Below the pieces are notes generated by a model, which made no database searches, had not been told where the DNA came from, and saw only the letters and a program-made list of their open reading frames with translations. 64,000 nt of DNA from Myxococcales bacterium (GTDB taxonomy: Bacteria > Desulfobacterota > Binatia > HRBIN30): positions 164,539-228,538 of the forward strand of contig JBBILD010000006.1 of assembly GCA_037445065.1 (NCBI GenBank). The letters run 5' to 3'. Shown here piece after piece: positions 47,584 to 57,431 of this stretch (position 1 is its first letter; each line of letters begins with the position of its first letter). The position numbers were made by a program, and so were the translations under genes.

Positions 47584-48354
47584 TTATCTTGCGTTTGGGC
47601 CCGGTGCAACTACCTGGCGGCGAACCAAAGCCTGCAGGTACGCTGCATCGTTGACGGCGGCCGCATTGACGTCGTTGTTGAAGTACACGAAGCAGGTTTT
47701 CCCTTGCCTTGCCTGCTGGCGCAGCCAGCGGGCCCAGCGGCGCAGTTTGGGGCGGGCGTAGCGGCCAGCATAGGCCGACACGGTGCCGTGGAACCGTACG
47801 TACACGGTCCGCCCGACGACCCAACGGGGTACGCGCAGTCCGGGGAAGTCGTGCACGCAAAAGGCCGCACCGAATTTTCCGAGCACTTCGCGAATCGCCT
47901 TGGAGAACCAGCTCGGATGGCGGAATTCGAAGGCGTACGTGTGCTCTTGCGGCAAACTTGCGAGGAAGGTCTCGAGCCGCAGCGGGTTGGCGTTCCAGCG
48001 CGGGGGCAGCTGGAACAAAATCGGACCGAGCTTATCGCCCAGAACCTCGACCCGCGAGAGGAACTCGGCGACGACCCGATCCACCTGCTGGAGTTTTTTT
48101 CGGTGCGTGATGAATCGGTGCGCCTTGATGGCGAATAAAAAGCCGGGCGGCACTTGTTCTCGCCATTGCTGCAAAGAGTGCTCCTTCGGTGACGAGTAAA
48201 AGGTGCTGTTTACCTCCACAGTGGGAAAGCGTTGGGCGTAAAATGGAAGCCATTGAGAGGGGGCTAGGGCGGCCGGGTAAAAACGCTCGCGCCACGAGGG
48301 GTACTGCCACCCGGAGCAGCCGACAAAAATGGGAGCTAGCGGGGCAACGCCCAT
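47584..48354 (-). CDS. DUF72 (YecE/YunF) family protein
   Basis: GCSGWQYPSW, VEVNSTFY, ILFQLPP, FEFRHPSW, YVRFHG, YFNND. Confidence 0.92.
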   Translation of the reverse strand: MGVAPLAPIFVGCSGWQYPSWRERFYPAALAPSQWLPFYAQRFPTVEVNSTFYSSPKEHSLQQWREQVPPGFLFAIKAHRFITHRKKLQQVDRVVAEFLSRVEVLGDKLGPILFQLPPRWNANPLRLETFLASLPQEHTYAFEFRHPSWFSKAIREVLGKFGAAFCVHDFPGLRVPRWVVGRTVYVRFHGTVSAYAGRYARPKLRRWARWLRQQARQGKTCFVYFNNDVNAAAVNDAAYLQALVRRQVVAPGPNAR

Positions 48355-49442
48355 ACTCCAGGTACCTCGAGACCACAGTTTGGGCAACGGCCGTTGCGCA
48401 AGTGGTTTGCCAACAGCGTAACGCCGTAGCGAGCAATGAGCAGCTTCTGGCACTGCGGGCAGTAGGTGTGTTCTCCTCCTTCGCCGGGCACGTTGCCCTC
48501 GTAGACGTAGCGGAGACCTTCCTCCAAGCCGATCTGCCGCGCGCGGCGCAGGGTGGCCACGGGCGTTCGCTCGCGGTCGAGCAAACGATACGCGGGATAA
48601 AACTGGGTCACATGCCACGGGATGTCGCGGTCCACTTGCGCCAAGAACGCAGCGATGCCGCGCAACTCTTCCTCTGAGTCGTTGTGGCCAGGGATAACCA
48701 GGGTCGTGACTTCGATCCAGATGCCGAGTTCGTGGTAGCGGCGGATGTTCTCCAAGACTGGAGCCAGACGGGCGCCCGTCATCTGTTTGTGAGCGGAGTC
48801 GCGGAAGCTCTTGAGGTCAATATTGGCTGCATCCAAGTAAGGCGCGATCTCGTGCAGCGCCGCGGCGCCGATGTAGCCGTTGGTCACGAACAGATTTGCT
48901 AACCCGTGCTCGTGGGCCAGCCGCGCAGTGTCAAAAGCGAATTCGTAAAAAATGGTTGGTTCGGTGTAGGTATAAGCGATCGAAGTGCAGCCGCTGGCTA
49001 AGGCAGCGTCCACGATCTGTTGTGGGGTAACGTCCTCACCGGGAATGCGGCGTTCTGCATCGCGGAGACTCAAGCACAGGATCTCAGGATCCTCTCCATC
49101 TGCACGGTCACCGTCGGCGCGGATTACGCCCTTTTCCTTCGGCTGCTGGGAGATTTCCCAGTTCTGGCAGTGCAAACAGCGGAAATTACAGCCCACAGTC
49201 GCGATCGAATACGAGAGCGAGCCAGGGAGGAAGTGGAACAGCGGTTTTTTCTCGATGGGGTCAATGTGACGAGCCACGACTCGGCCGTAGACCAGAGTGA
49301 GTAGGCGGCCATCCACATTGACGCGCACTCCACAGGCCCCCCGCCTCCCGGGCGAGACCGTGCAGTCCAAGGCGCACAGGGTACAGCGGACTTTCCCGTT
49401 CGGTAGCGGGTCCCAAAAACGAGCTTCGTGGATGCTGCTCAT
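48336..49442 (-). CDS. amrS: AmmeMemoRadiSam-system radical SAM enzyme
   Basis: CTLCALDC..CGVR, DPIEKKPLFHFLPG, GCNFRCLHCQNWEISQ, YTYTEP, C-terminal CPQC/CPNC. AAGGA RBS. Confidence 0.9.
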   Translation of the reverse strand: MSSIHEARFWDPLPNGKVRCTLCALDCTVSPGRRGACGVRVNVDGRLLTLVYGRVVARHIDPIEKKPLFHFLPGSLSYSIATVGCNFRCLHCQNWEISQQPKEKGVIRADGDRADGEDPEILCLSLRDAERRIPGEDVTPQQIVDAALASGCTSIAYTYTEPTIFYEFAFDTARLAHEHGLANLFVTNGYIGAAALHEIAPYLDAANIDLKSFRDSAHKQMTGARLAPVLENIRRYHELGIWIEVTTLVIPGHNDSEEELRGIAAFLAQVDRDIPWHVTQFYPAYRLLDRERTPVATLRRARQIGLEEGLRYVYEGNVPGEGGEHTYCPQCQKLLIARYGVTLLANHLRNGRCPNCGLEVPGVWALPR

Positions 49443-49459
49443 TGGGGCTTCCTTTTGGA

Positions 49460-51196
49460 TCAAACTGCGCACTCGCGGCACTCGGCTTGCGCCGCATCGT
49501 CCACCAGCGACAACACCTGACCCGGCCTGCTGCCGTAACGGTATACGGTCACCCCTTTGAGGCGAAGTTCGCGTGCCAGCAGGTAGGCGTCGAGCACTTG
49601 TTGGACGCTGGCGTCGGCGGGCAGGTTGATGGTTTTCGAAACCGCGGCATCGGTGTACGCCTGAAACTGGCCTTGGATGCGCAGGTGCCATTCCGGTGCA
49701 ATTTCGTGAGCGGTGCGAAAGCGCTTGCGCACATCTTCTGGAATGCTCTCGAGCCCAGCAAAAGAGCCGTGTGCCTCGAGGTGAGCGCGGATGGCACTGG
49801 CTTGCTCCGGCATCTGTGCGAGGAGTGCCTCGACTTCGGGATGAATCTCGACAAAGCGCCGGCCGTCGAGAAGGCGCCGGCAGGTTGCGAGCGCGAAGAA
49901 GGGCTCGATACCGCTCGATACGCCAGCGATCAGGCTGATGGTTCCGGTGGGTGCGATGCAAGTTACCGCGGCGTTGCGCAGGGTTTTGAACCCCCGTGCG
50001 GGCCATACACTTTCGGCGAACGCGGGAAATGGGCCGCGGCGGCGGGCCAGTTCGAGCGAGGCCGTGCGGGCCTCGACGTTCATGAACACCGCTAACTCGC
50101 CAGCGAGCTCGAGAGCATCCTGGGAATCGTACGCGATCCCAAGTTTCGCCAACAAATCTGCCCAGCCCATGATGCCCAACCCGACCTTGCGAGTCCGCCG
50201 AGTCGCGAGTTCGATCTCCAAAAACGGATGCCCAGTGGCTTCGATGACGTTGTCGAGAAAAGTGACCGCATCGTGGATTGCCTGGCGCAACTCGTCCCAA
50301 TCCAGGGCGGAACCACGCACGAAACGAGGCAGGCTGAGGGAGCCCAGCACGCACGATTCGTTGGGCAAGAGCGGCTGCTCGCCGCAGGGGTTGGTGGCCT
50401 CGATGGGGCCGAGAGCTGGTGTGGGCTGGTGACGGTTGACCTCGTCCAAGAACACCAAGCCAGGGTCACCACACTGCCAAGCTGCCTGCGCGATTTGCTC
50501 GAACAGCTGTTGTGGATCCACTGCGCGGACTGCTTGGCCGTTGCGCGGGTTCACCAGGGTGAAGGGGCGCTTTTGCTCCAGAGCGGCGAAGAAAGCGTCG
50601 GTGACCCCAACGGACAAATTGAAATTTTCCAGCCGCCCGGGCTCGAGCTTTGCACGGATAAACTGCTCAATGTCCGGATGGTCAATCCGGAGGACAGCCA
50701 TGTTGGCCCCGCGCCGGCGGCCACCTTCTCGAATTACTGCTGTGGTGTGGTCGAACAGCTCCATGAACGACACAGGCCCCGAAGTGATGCCTCCAGTGGA
50801 GCGGACGCGATCCGCTCGGGGCCGCAACCGGGAGAAAGAAAACCCTGTTCCCCCGCCGGTCTGATGGATACGCGCCATCCGCATGAGAGCGGTGAAAATC
50901 GAGTCGAGATCGTCTTCGATCGGCAAAACGAAACACGCTGCCAGCTGCCCTTTCGGCAATCCCGCGTTCATCAGGGTGGGTGAGTTAGGCAAGAATTGCA
51001 AGGAGCTGAGGCGATGAAAGAACCGCTCCTCCCACTCCCCAGCAGATTCACTGAACTTGGCGGCAGGAGCGGCTACTGCCTTTGCCACGCGGCGCAGCAT
51101 CCCGATCGGATCTTCGATGAGCTGCCCCTCTTCGTCGCGCTGCAAATAGCGCTCCTCCAGTACGGCTAGGGCGGCGGGGGAAAACTGCGGCTCCAT
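49460..51196 (-). CDS. nrdJ: Adenosylcobalamin-dependent (class II) ribonucleotide reductase, compact 578 aa
   Basis: PNSPTLMNAG, AACFVL, GGTG, ATNPCGEQPL, CVLGSL, IAPTGTIS, SKTINLP, KGVTVYR, C-terminal CREC. AAAGGAGG RBS. Confidence 0.9.
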   Translation of the reverse strand: MEPQFSPAALAVLEERYLQRDEEGQLIEDPIGMLRRVAKAVAAPAAKFSESAGEWEERFFHRLSSLQFLPNSPTLMNAGLPKGQLAACFVLPIEDDLDSIFTALMRMARIHQTGGGTGFSFSRLRPRADRVRSTGGITSGPVSFMELFDHTTAVIREGGRRRGANMAVLRIDHPDIEQFIRAKLEPGRLENFNLSVGVTDAFFAALEQKRPFTLVNPRNGQAVRAVDPQQLFEQIAQAAWQCGDPGLVFLDEVNRHQPTPALGPIEATNPCGEQPLLPNESCVLGSLSLPRFVRGSALDWDELRQAIHDAVTFLDNVIEATGHPFLEIELATRRTRKVGLGIMGWADLLAKLGIAYDSQDALELAGELAVFMNVEARTASLELARRRGPFPAFAESVWPARGFKTLRNAAVTCIAPTGTISLIAGVSSGIEPFFALATCRRLLDGRRFVEIHPEVEALLAQMPEQASAIRAHLEAHGSFAGLESIPEDVRKRFRTAHEIAPEWHLRIQGQFQAYTDAAVSKTINLPADASVQQVLDAYLLARELRLKGVTVYRYGSRPGQVLSLVDDAAQAECRECAV

Positions 51197-51322
51197 GATC
51201 CCTCCTTTGGGTGGGTTCGTGCGCGTTGGTTCCCTGCTACGACATCCTCTCTGGGGCCGCAAGGCGCGCAGCGAACGGGAAAGAGGTTGACAATCGAGGG
51301 AGGGGTGGGGGAAACGCAGCTT

Positions 51323-52483
51323 ATGAAACGCATTTTGCTTCTTTCTGGCCTGGCATTGGTGGCACTCGGGGTGTGGCTCTTGGTGCGCTTGCCCGTATTG
51401 GTGGAGCAACGCCTGTTGGGCGTGTTGCAGCCTCCCCCGTATCCGATCCGGGAAGACACGCAGCAATGGTATCGCACTTTGTTGGTCGCCGATTTGCACG
51501 CGGACACCCTTTTGTGGAAGCGTGACCTGCTCGAACGAGCTAAGCGGGGCCATGTGGACGTGCCGCGCTTGCAGAGCGGTGGAGTAGCGTTGCAGGTGCT
51601 GAGCGCGGTGACCAAAGTCCCGCAAGGTCTCAACTACGAGCGCAACGACGCCACCACCGATCAGGTCCGTTGGCTCGCTCTGGTACAACTGTGGCCCTGG
51701 CCGACCTGGAACAGCCCCTTCGCTCGCGCTCGTTACCAGGCAGAAAAACTGCGAGCGGCAGCGGAAAGAGCGCCGGATCAATTAAAGCTGGTGCGTTCGC
51801 GCGCAGATCTGGAGGAATTCTTGGCGTTTCGGGCGCGCCGCCCACAGCTGGTGGCATCCGTGTTGGGTGTGGAGGGGCTCCATGCACTGGAGGGGCGTTT
51901 GGAAAACCTGGAGGTTCTGTTTTCGGACGGTTACCGGGTGATGGGACTCACTCATTTCTTCGACAACGAGCTTGGTGGGTCTGCGCATGGAGTGGCAAAG
52001 GGCGGACTCACCGACTTCGGGCGTGCGGTGGTGGAAACGATCGAGCGGAAGGGAATGATCGTCGACTTGGCGCACGCCTCGCCGCGGCTCATTCAGGATG
52101 TGCTTGCAATCGCTCGGCGACCAGTCATCGTCTCTCACACCGGCGTGCGCGGAACCTGTGACAACGTGCGTAATTTGTCTGACGACCAATTGCGCGCGAT
52201 TGCCGCAAAGGGCGGTCTCATCGGCATTGGTTACTGGGACAAGGCGGTGTGCGACGTGAGCTTGCAAGGAATCGTACGGGCGATTCTGCACGCCGTGAAC
52301 GTCGTCGGCGCGCAGCATGTGGCGTTAGGTTCTGATTTCGACGGCGCGACCATTACGCCATTTGACACCACCGGTGTTCCGCAAATCGCACAAGCTCTCC
52401 GCGACGCCGGTTTGAGCCTGGAACAGGTGGCGGCAATTATGGGCGGAAACGTCGTCCGTTTATTGCGCGAGTTGCTCCCGTGA
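51323..52483 (+). CDS. Membrane dipeptidase (peptidase M19)
   Basis: N-terminal anchor, DLHAD, GVEG, DLAHAS, VSHTG, GSDFDG. Confidence 0.9.
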   Translation: MKRILLLSGLALVALGVWLLVRLPVLVEQRLLGVLQPPPYPIREDTQQWYRTLLVADLHADTLLWKRDLLERAKRGHVDVPRLQSGGVALQVLSAVTKVPQGLNYERNDATTDQVRWLALVQLWPWPTWNSPFARARYQAEKLRAAAERAPDQLKLVRSRADLEEFLAFRARRPQLVASVLGVEGLHALEGRLENLEVLFSDGYRVMGLTHFFDNELGGSAHGVAKGGLTDFGRAVVETIERKGMIVDLAHASPRLIQDVLAIARRPVIVSHTGVRGTCDNVRNLSDDQLRAIAAKGGLIGIGYWDKAVCDVSLQGIVRAILHAVNVVGAQHVALGSDFDGATITPFDTTGVPQIAQALRDAGLSLEQVAAIMGGNVVRLLRELLP

Positions 52484-54843
52484 AACAGCGCGGCCGGCCG
52501 CGCCGTGGGGCGCGACAAGAGGACAGGCGAGGTCGGAGGGAGATGGCGAAGGGCGAAGGTGACGTAGGGGCTTTGCTGGACCTTCTCAAGGAGCGAGCGC
52601 CGCGTCCGCTGACGATCGAAGAAATGGCACGCTTGCTCGAATGGAGAAGTTATGACCGGCGGCAACTCAAAGCTGCTCTGGAAGCGGCGGTTGCCGAGCG
52701 GCGGCTGCGCCGCATTGGAAAAACCCGATATCAGTGGATTCCTCCGGAGGCGCAGGTGTCCGCCCCAGCGCAGCTCGCTCGTCCGGTCAGGGCACGACAG
52801 CGTCGGCGGGAGGCGGGGCCGTTGCGGGTCGAGGGCCTCTACCAACGGGTCCGAGCCGGTTACGGATTTGTCGAGGTGCTGGGGAGCGAGCGCAGTCGGT
52901 TTGCGCGCGACATCTTGATCCCAGCGGGCTTGGAGAAAGGTGCGCTTCACGGAGATCGAGTCGAGGTGGAGATCGTCCGTCATGACCCGCGGCTGCGGCG
53001 GGTGATCGGGCAGGTCACGCGCGTGGTCTCATCCCCTCACTCCACTCTTGTTGGCACGCTCGAGCGTGGTCGGCGAGGCTGGCTCCTGGTGCCGGAGGTC
53101 GATGTCCTACCCACCGTGGAGTTGATCGGCCAGCGCCAGCCCGCTCGGGATCAGGCGGGGCTTGTGGCGCGGGCGCGCTTGGTACGCCCCGCCGCGGCTC
53201 ATCAGCTGCCTGGGGCAGAACTGGTCGAGGTTCTGGGGCCATCGGACCACCCCGACGTGCAGTTTGCGGTGATTGCCGCGGAGCACGGGTTGCGCACCGA
53301 GTTTCCCGCGGAGGTCCAACAAGAAGCCGCGAAGCTGCCTTCGGACCCCGAAGAGCGAGACTTCGCGGGTCGGGTAGACTTGCGTTCCCTGCCTTTTGTC
53401 ACCATCGACGGGGAGACCGCGCGAGACTTTGATGATGCGGTTTGCTTGCAAACACGGCCGAGCGGGGAGATAACCCTTTGGGTCGTCATTGCTGATGTCT
53501 CGCACTACGTGCGGCCGGGTTCTTCCCTCGACGCAGAAGCGCAGCAGCGTGGGACCAGCGTGTATTTCCCCGATCGAGCTGTCCCGATGCTGCCTGAGCG
53601 GCTTTCGAACGGTTTGTGTTCCTTGTTGCCCGATCGGGATCGCTTAGTCATGGTGGCTGAGCTGCATTACGACCCGCGCGGCCGCCGCCAGCAAGCACGC
53701 TTTTATCGCGGGGTCATTCGCAACCGAGCCCGCCTCACCTACACCCGCGTGGCGGCAGTGCTTTCCGAGGCCATGACCCCGGAAATCGAGGCGTGGCGGG
53801 AGGCACTCGGACCTTTGCTGGACTCGCTGCGCGACATGCACCGACTCATGCGGCTGTTGTACGAGCGCCGCATCCGCGCTGGTTCCTTGGACCTGGACTT
53901 GCCAGAGGCTCTGGTCGACTTGTCGGAAGAGGGGCGGAGTATCGGAGTGCGGATTGCCGCGCGGAACGACGCGCACCGGATCATCGAAGAGTTCATGCTC
54001 GAGGCAAACCGCGCGGTGGCCATGTACTTGCGCGAGCACGATGTGCCGTTTCCGTATCGGGTGCATGAGCCGCCCGATCCGGCAGATATTGATGACCTGA
54101 ATCGGTTCCTCGGGCGTTTTGGTTTCATGGTCCATTACGAGGAACCCGTGCGACCGCAGAATGTCGCGCAGGTGCTCGTTGAACTCGAAGGACACCCGCT
54201 AGCGCGCGTGTTGTCACGGCAGGTTTTGCGCGCGTTGAAACAAGCCCACTACAGTACGGTTAACGTTGGGCATTTTGGTCTCGCGTTTCCCATCTACTGT
54301 CACTTCACTTCCCCCATCCGCCGTTATCCCGATCTCTTGGTGCACCGGCAGCTTGGTCGAGTCTTGGATGGCGAACTCGAGCTGGCTCGCGCCGAAGCCG
54401 AGGTCATGGAAGAACTCAGCGTACTGAGCTCGCAGAGAGAGCGGCAGGCCGTGGAAGCCGAGCGCGCCATGCTCGATCTCAAGAAGTGCGAGTTCATGCT
54501 CGATCATCTGCTGGAGCCAGAGCCGGGCACGATCGTGAGCGTTACGAACTTCGGGTGCTTTGTTGAACTTGACGCGTATGATCGAGGGTCTGCTCTGAAG
54601 CCGGACAGTCTCACGGACGACCGGTACTTTTACCTCGAGGACGAACTCGCCTGGGTGGGTGCTCGCAAGCGGCAGTACTTCACCATTGGTGATCGCCTAC
54701 GCGTGGAGTGCACGAACGTTTCCCTGCGCCGGCGCGAGATTGACTTTGCCCTGCTCGAGCGGCTGCCGAGATTCACGAGCGGTGGACAGGCCGCGGAGCG
54801 GCAGGAGCAGGAGAAAAAAGCCAAGCGCCAGCGGGCTCGTTGA
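52480..54843 (+). CDS. rnr: Ribonuclease R
   Basis: GYGFV, ALHGDRV, TIDGETARDFDDAV, RGTSVYFP, IEEFML, HFTSPIRRYPDLLVHR, S1 domain, basic tail. Confidence 0.93.
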   Translation: MKQRGRPRRGARQEDRRGRREMAKGEGDVGALLDLLKERAPRPLTIEEMARLLEWRSYDRRQLKAALEAAVAERRLRRIGKTRYQWIPPEAQVSAPAQLARPVRARQRRREAGPLRVEGLYQRVRAGYGFVEVLGSERSRFARDILIPAGLEKGALHGDRVEVEIVRHDPRLRRVIGQVTRVVSSPHSTLVGTLERGRRGWLLVPEVDVLPTVELIGQRQPARDQAGLVARARLVRPAAAHQLPGAELVEVLGPSDHPDVQFAVIAAEHGLRTEFPAEVQQEAAKLPSDPEERDFAGRVDLRSLPFVTIDGETARDFDDAVCLQTRPSGEITLWVVIADVSHYVRPGSSLDAEAQQRGTSVYFPDRAVPMLPERLSNGLCSLLPDRDRLVMVAELHYDPRGRRQQARFYRGVIRNRARLTYTRVAAVLSEAMTPEIEAWREALGPLLDSLRDMHRLMRLLYERRIRAGSLDLDLPEALVDLSEEGRSIGVRIAARNDAHRIIEEFMLEANRAVAMYLREHDVPFPYRVHEPPDPADIDDLNRFLGRFGFMVHYEEPVRPQNVAQVLVELEGHPLARVLSRQVLRALKQAHYSTVNVGHFGLAFPIYCHFTSPIRRYPDLLVHRQLGRVLDGELELARAEAEVMEELSVLSSQRERQAVEAERAMLDLKKCEFMLDHLLEPEPGTIVSVTNFGCFVELDAYDRGSALKPDSLTDDRYFYLEDELAWVGARKRQYFTIGDRLRVECTNVSLRRREIDFALLERLPRFTSGGQAAERQEQEKKAKRQRAR

Positions 54844-54902
54844 GCTGGCCACCGTGGCGCTGTCTTGGCAAACGCGGGGGTGTCTGCCAAGCAAGGATTG
54901 CG

Positions 54903-56102
54903 ATGCACCCGTTGGAGGGCTTTGAGCCGTTTTCCGAGACGTTTCGACGCGACCCCTTCCCCGTATACGCGCGCGCCCGCCGGGAGTGTCCGGTGTACGA
55001 ACACCCTGGCCTACCGGTCGTGTCGCTGTTCCGGTATGCGGACATCCAGGCGGTACTGCGCGATCCGACGACGTGGTCCAATGTGTTTCCACCGCCGCCT
55101 GGCTTTGTGCGCCCCGATCACCTGCCACCCAGCATGTTGATGCTGGACCCGCCGGACCATACCCGCTTGCGGGGGTTGGTCAGTCAGGCATTCACCCCGC
55201 GCCGGATTCGTGCCCTCGAGAGCAGGATCGAGGCAACCGCAAGAGAACTCGTGTGGAGCATGAAGCGCCGCCGAGTGTGCGAGCTCGTCGCGGACTTGGC
55301 GGAACCGTTGCCGGTGATCGTGATCGCGGAAATGATCGGAGTCCCGGCGGAAGACCGGGTGAAGTTTCGCGTATGGTCGGACGCGCTGGTGGAGAATCTG
55401 GGCGGGGGAATCTTCGCTCCGCCGGACCCGCAGAGTCTTGCCCGGGAGCTCGCCGCCGTAGAAGCGATGCGCGCGTATTTTGAAGAGCGGGTGCGAGAGC
55501 GAAAAAAGGAGCCGCGCGATGATTTGCTGTCTGCGCTCATTGCTGCAGAACTCGAGGGCTCGCGGCTGACCTTCGATGAAATGCTGCAGATGCTGGTGCT
55601 TTTGCTGGTGGCGGGGAATGAGACCACCCGCAACTTGATCGTCAACGCGGTGGTCACGTTGCTGGAGTATCCCGACCAGCTCGCGCTGCTGCGCGAGCGT
55701 CCGGAGCTGGTGGAGAGCGCGGTCGAAGAAGTGTTGCGATTTGCGAGCCCCGTGCAGTGCGACGTGCGCCGTCTGGCGCGCGACACGCAGGTCGGGTATG
55801 TGCCACTGGTCGCCGAGAAAATCGGTTTGCTGTGGTTGGGTTCCGCAAATCGAGACCCGGAGGTGTTCCCGAACCCCGACGCGTTTGACATTACGCGCGG
55901 GGAGCAACGTCACCTCGCTTTCGGGTTCGGGCCCCATTTTTGCCTAGGGGCGAACTTGGCGCGGCTCGAGGCGCAGGTGGCTTTGCGCGTCTTGCTGGAG
56001 GAGACGAGCTCTTGGCGGATCCTGTCGGAAGGACCGCTGCCGTTGCACCCGAGCGTCTTGTTCCGCAGTTTTACGCGCGTCCCTTTGGAGGTACGGCGAT
56101 GA
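54903..56102 (+). CDS. Cytochrome P450
   Basis: DPPDHTRLR, AGNETT, EEVLR (ExxR), FGFGPHFCLGA heme motif. Confidence 0.95.
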   Translation: MHPLEGFEPFSETFRRDPFPVYARARRECPVYEHPGLPVVSLFRYADIQAVLRDPTTWSNVFPPPPGFVRPDHLPPSMLMLDPPDHTRLRGLVSQAFTPRRIRALESRIEATARELVWSMKRRRVCELVADLAEPLPVIVIAEMIGVPAEDRVKFRVWSDALVENLGGGIFAPPDPQSLARELAAVEAMRAYFEERVRERKKEPRDDLLSALIAAELEGSRLTFDEMLQMLVLLLVAGNETTRNLIVNAVVTLLEYPDQLALLRERPELVESAVEEVLRFASPVQCDVRRLARDTQVGYVPLVAEKIGLLWLGSANRDPEVFPNPDAFDITRGEQRHLAFGFGPHFCLGANLARLEAQVALRVLLEETSSWRILSEGPLPLHPSVLFRSFTRVPLEVRR

Positions 56103-56470
56103 AGCATTCTCCGCGCTTTTTGCGCCTGGTAGAGGAAGCGCGGCGCGAGATCCGAGAGGTCTCGGTCGAGGACGTGCTCGAACGAATCCGGCGCGACGCC
56201 CCGATGTTATTGCTCGACGTGCGCGAGGAAAGTGAATGGAGCCGCGGGCACTTGCCTCAGGCGAAGCACTTGTGCAAAGGCGTGCTCGAACGCGACATTG
56301 AGGCGCTCTGCCCCGACCCAGAGACAGAAATCGTACTCTATTGCGGTGGGGGCTATCGGTCGGCTCTCGCGGCAGCCAATTTGCAGAAAATGGGTTACCG
56401 CCGAGTTGCTTCCATGGCCGGGGGCTGGCGAGAGTGGGTAAGCAAAGGCTTGCCTACAGAGGGGGCTTGA
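56099..56470 (+). CDS. Single-domain rhodanese
   Basis: LDVREESEW, GHLP, LYCGGGYRS, SMAGGW. ATGA overlap with the P450. Confidence 0.9.
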   Translation: MKHSPRFLRLVEEARREIREVSVEDVLERIRRDAPMLLLDVREESEWSRGHLPQAKHLCKGVLERDIEALCPDPETEIVLYCGGGYRSALAAANLQKMGYRRVASMAGGWREWVSKGLPTEGA

Positions 56471-57431
56471 CCGGAAGCAGAGGGGCAGCCGGTGTGCCGC
56501 GCAGCTCGCGTGGCAACGGGAAGCGAACCGATTCCTCGGCAGATACCCAGGTTTCCACCTGCCCGAACCCAAACTCCGCGAGCCTTGCCAGCGCCTCCTC
56601 CACGAGAATCTCGGGAGTGGAAGCACCGGCGCTGAGGCCCACAGTGTTGCACTCTTTTAGCCAATGCGGCTCGATGGCACGGGCGGAGTCAATCAGGTGA
56701 GCGGGGGCACCCGCACGCCGCGCCACTTCGGCAAGGCGGTTTGCATTGCTTGAAGTGTGCGAGCCAATGATCAAAACCAGGTCCGCCTGCGCGGCGATGG
56801 CTTTCACGGCGGTCTGCCGGTTTTGGGTGGCGTAACAAATGTCGTCTTTCGGTGGAGTCCGCAGGGTAGGAAATCGCTCCTGCAACACACGGATGATCTC
56901 CCGGGTGTCGTCAACCGATAGGGTGGTTTGCGTGACCACCGCTACGCGGTCTGGGCGCCGCACCTGCAGCCTGCGCGCGTCTTCGACCGTTTCCACGAGG
57001 TACATGCGTTCCGGAGCATGGCCCATGGTCCCCTCGACTTCGACATGGCCTCGGTGGCCAACCATCACGATTTCGAAGTCCTCACGGGCGTAGCGGAGCA
57101 CCTGCAAGTGGACTTTGGTGACCAGTGGGCAGGTGGCGTCAATGACTCGCAGACCTCGATGGCGGGCTTCGTCCCGTACCTGCGGTGATACCCCGTGGGC
57201 ACTGAAAATCAACAACGAGCCCGCTGGAACCTCCGCCAGATTTTCCACAAAGCGGGCCCCTCGCTGGCGCAGGGACTCGACAACGTGGCGATTGTGAACG
57301 ATTTCGTGCCGCACGTACACCGGCGGTCCGTAGCGCTCGAGGACGAGCTCAACGATTTCGATGGCATACGAAACTCCGGCACAAAACCCGCGCGGCTGCG
57401 CCAAAAGCACTCGACGCGAAGACTCAGGCAT
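56454..57431 (-). CDS. ispH: 4-hydroxy-3-methylbut-2-enyl diphosphate reductase
   Basis: PRGFCAGV, EIVHN, DATCPLV, QTT, DICYATQNRQ, SSN, SAGASTP. Confidence 0.96.
   Translation of the reverse strand: MPESSRRVLLAQPRGFCAGVSYAIEIVELVLERYGPPVYVRHEIVHNRHVVESLRQRGARFVENLAEVPAGSLLIFSAHGVSPQVRDEARHRGLRVIDATCPLVTKVHLQVLRYAREDFEIVMVGHRGHVEVEGTMGHAPERMYLVETVEDARRLQVRRPDRVAVVTQTTLSVDDTREIIRVLQERFPTLRTPPKDDICYATQNRQTAVKAIAAQADLVLIIGSHTSSNANRLAEVARRAGAPAHLIDSARAIEPHWLKECNTVGLSAGASTPEILVEEALARLAEFGFGQVETWVSAEESVRFPLPRELRGTPAAPLLPVKPPL

Noticed and set aside
51197..51322. Cobalamin riboswitch or NrdR box upstream of nrdJ
   Set aside because: The gap is short and I see no B12-box or convincing NrdR palindrome.
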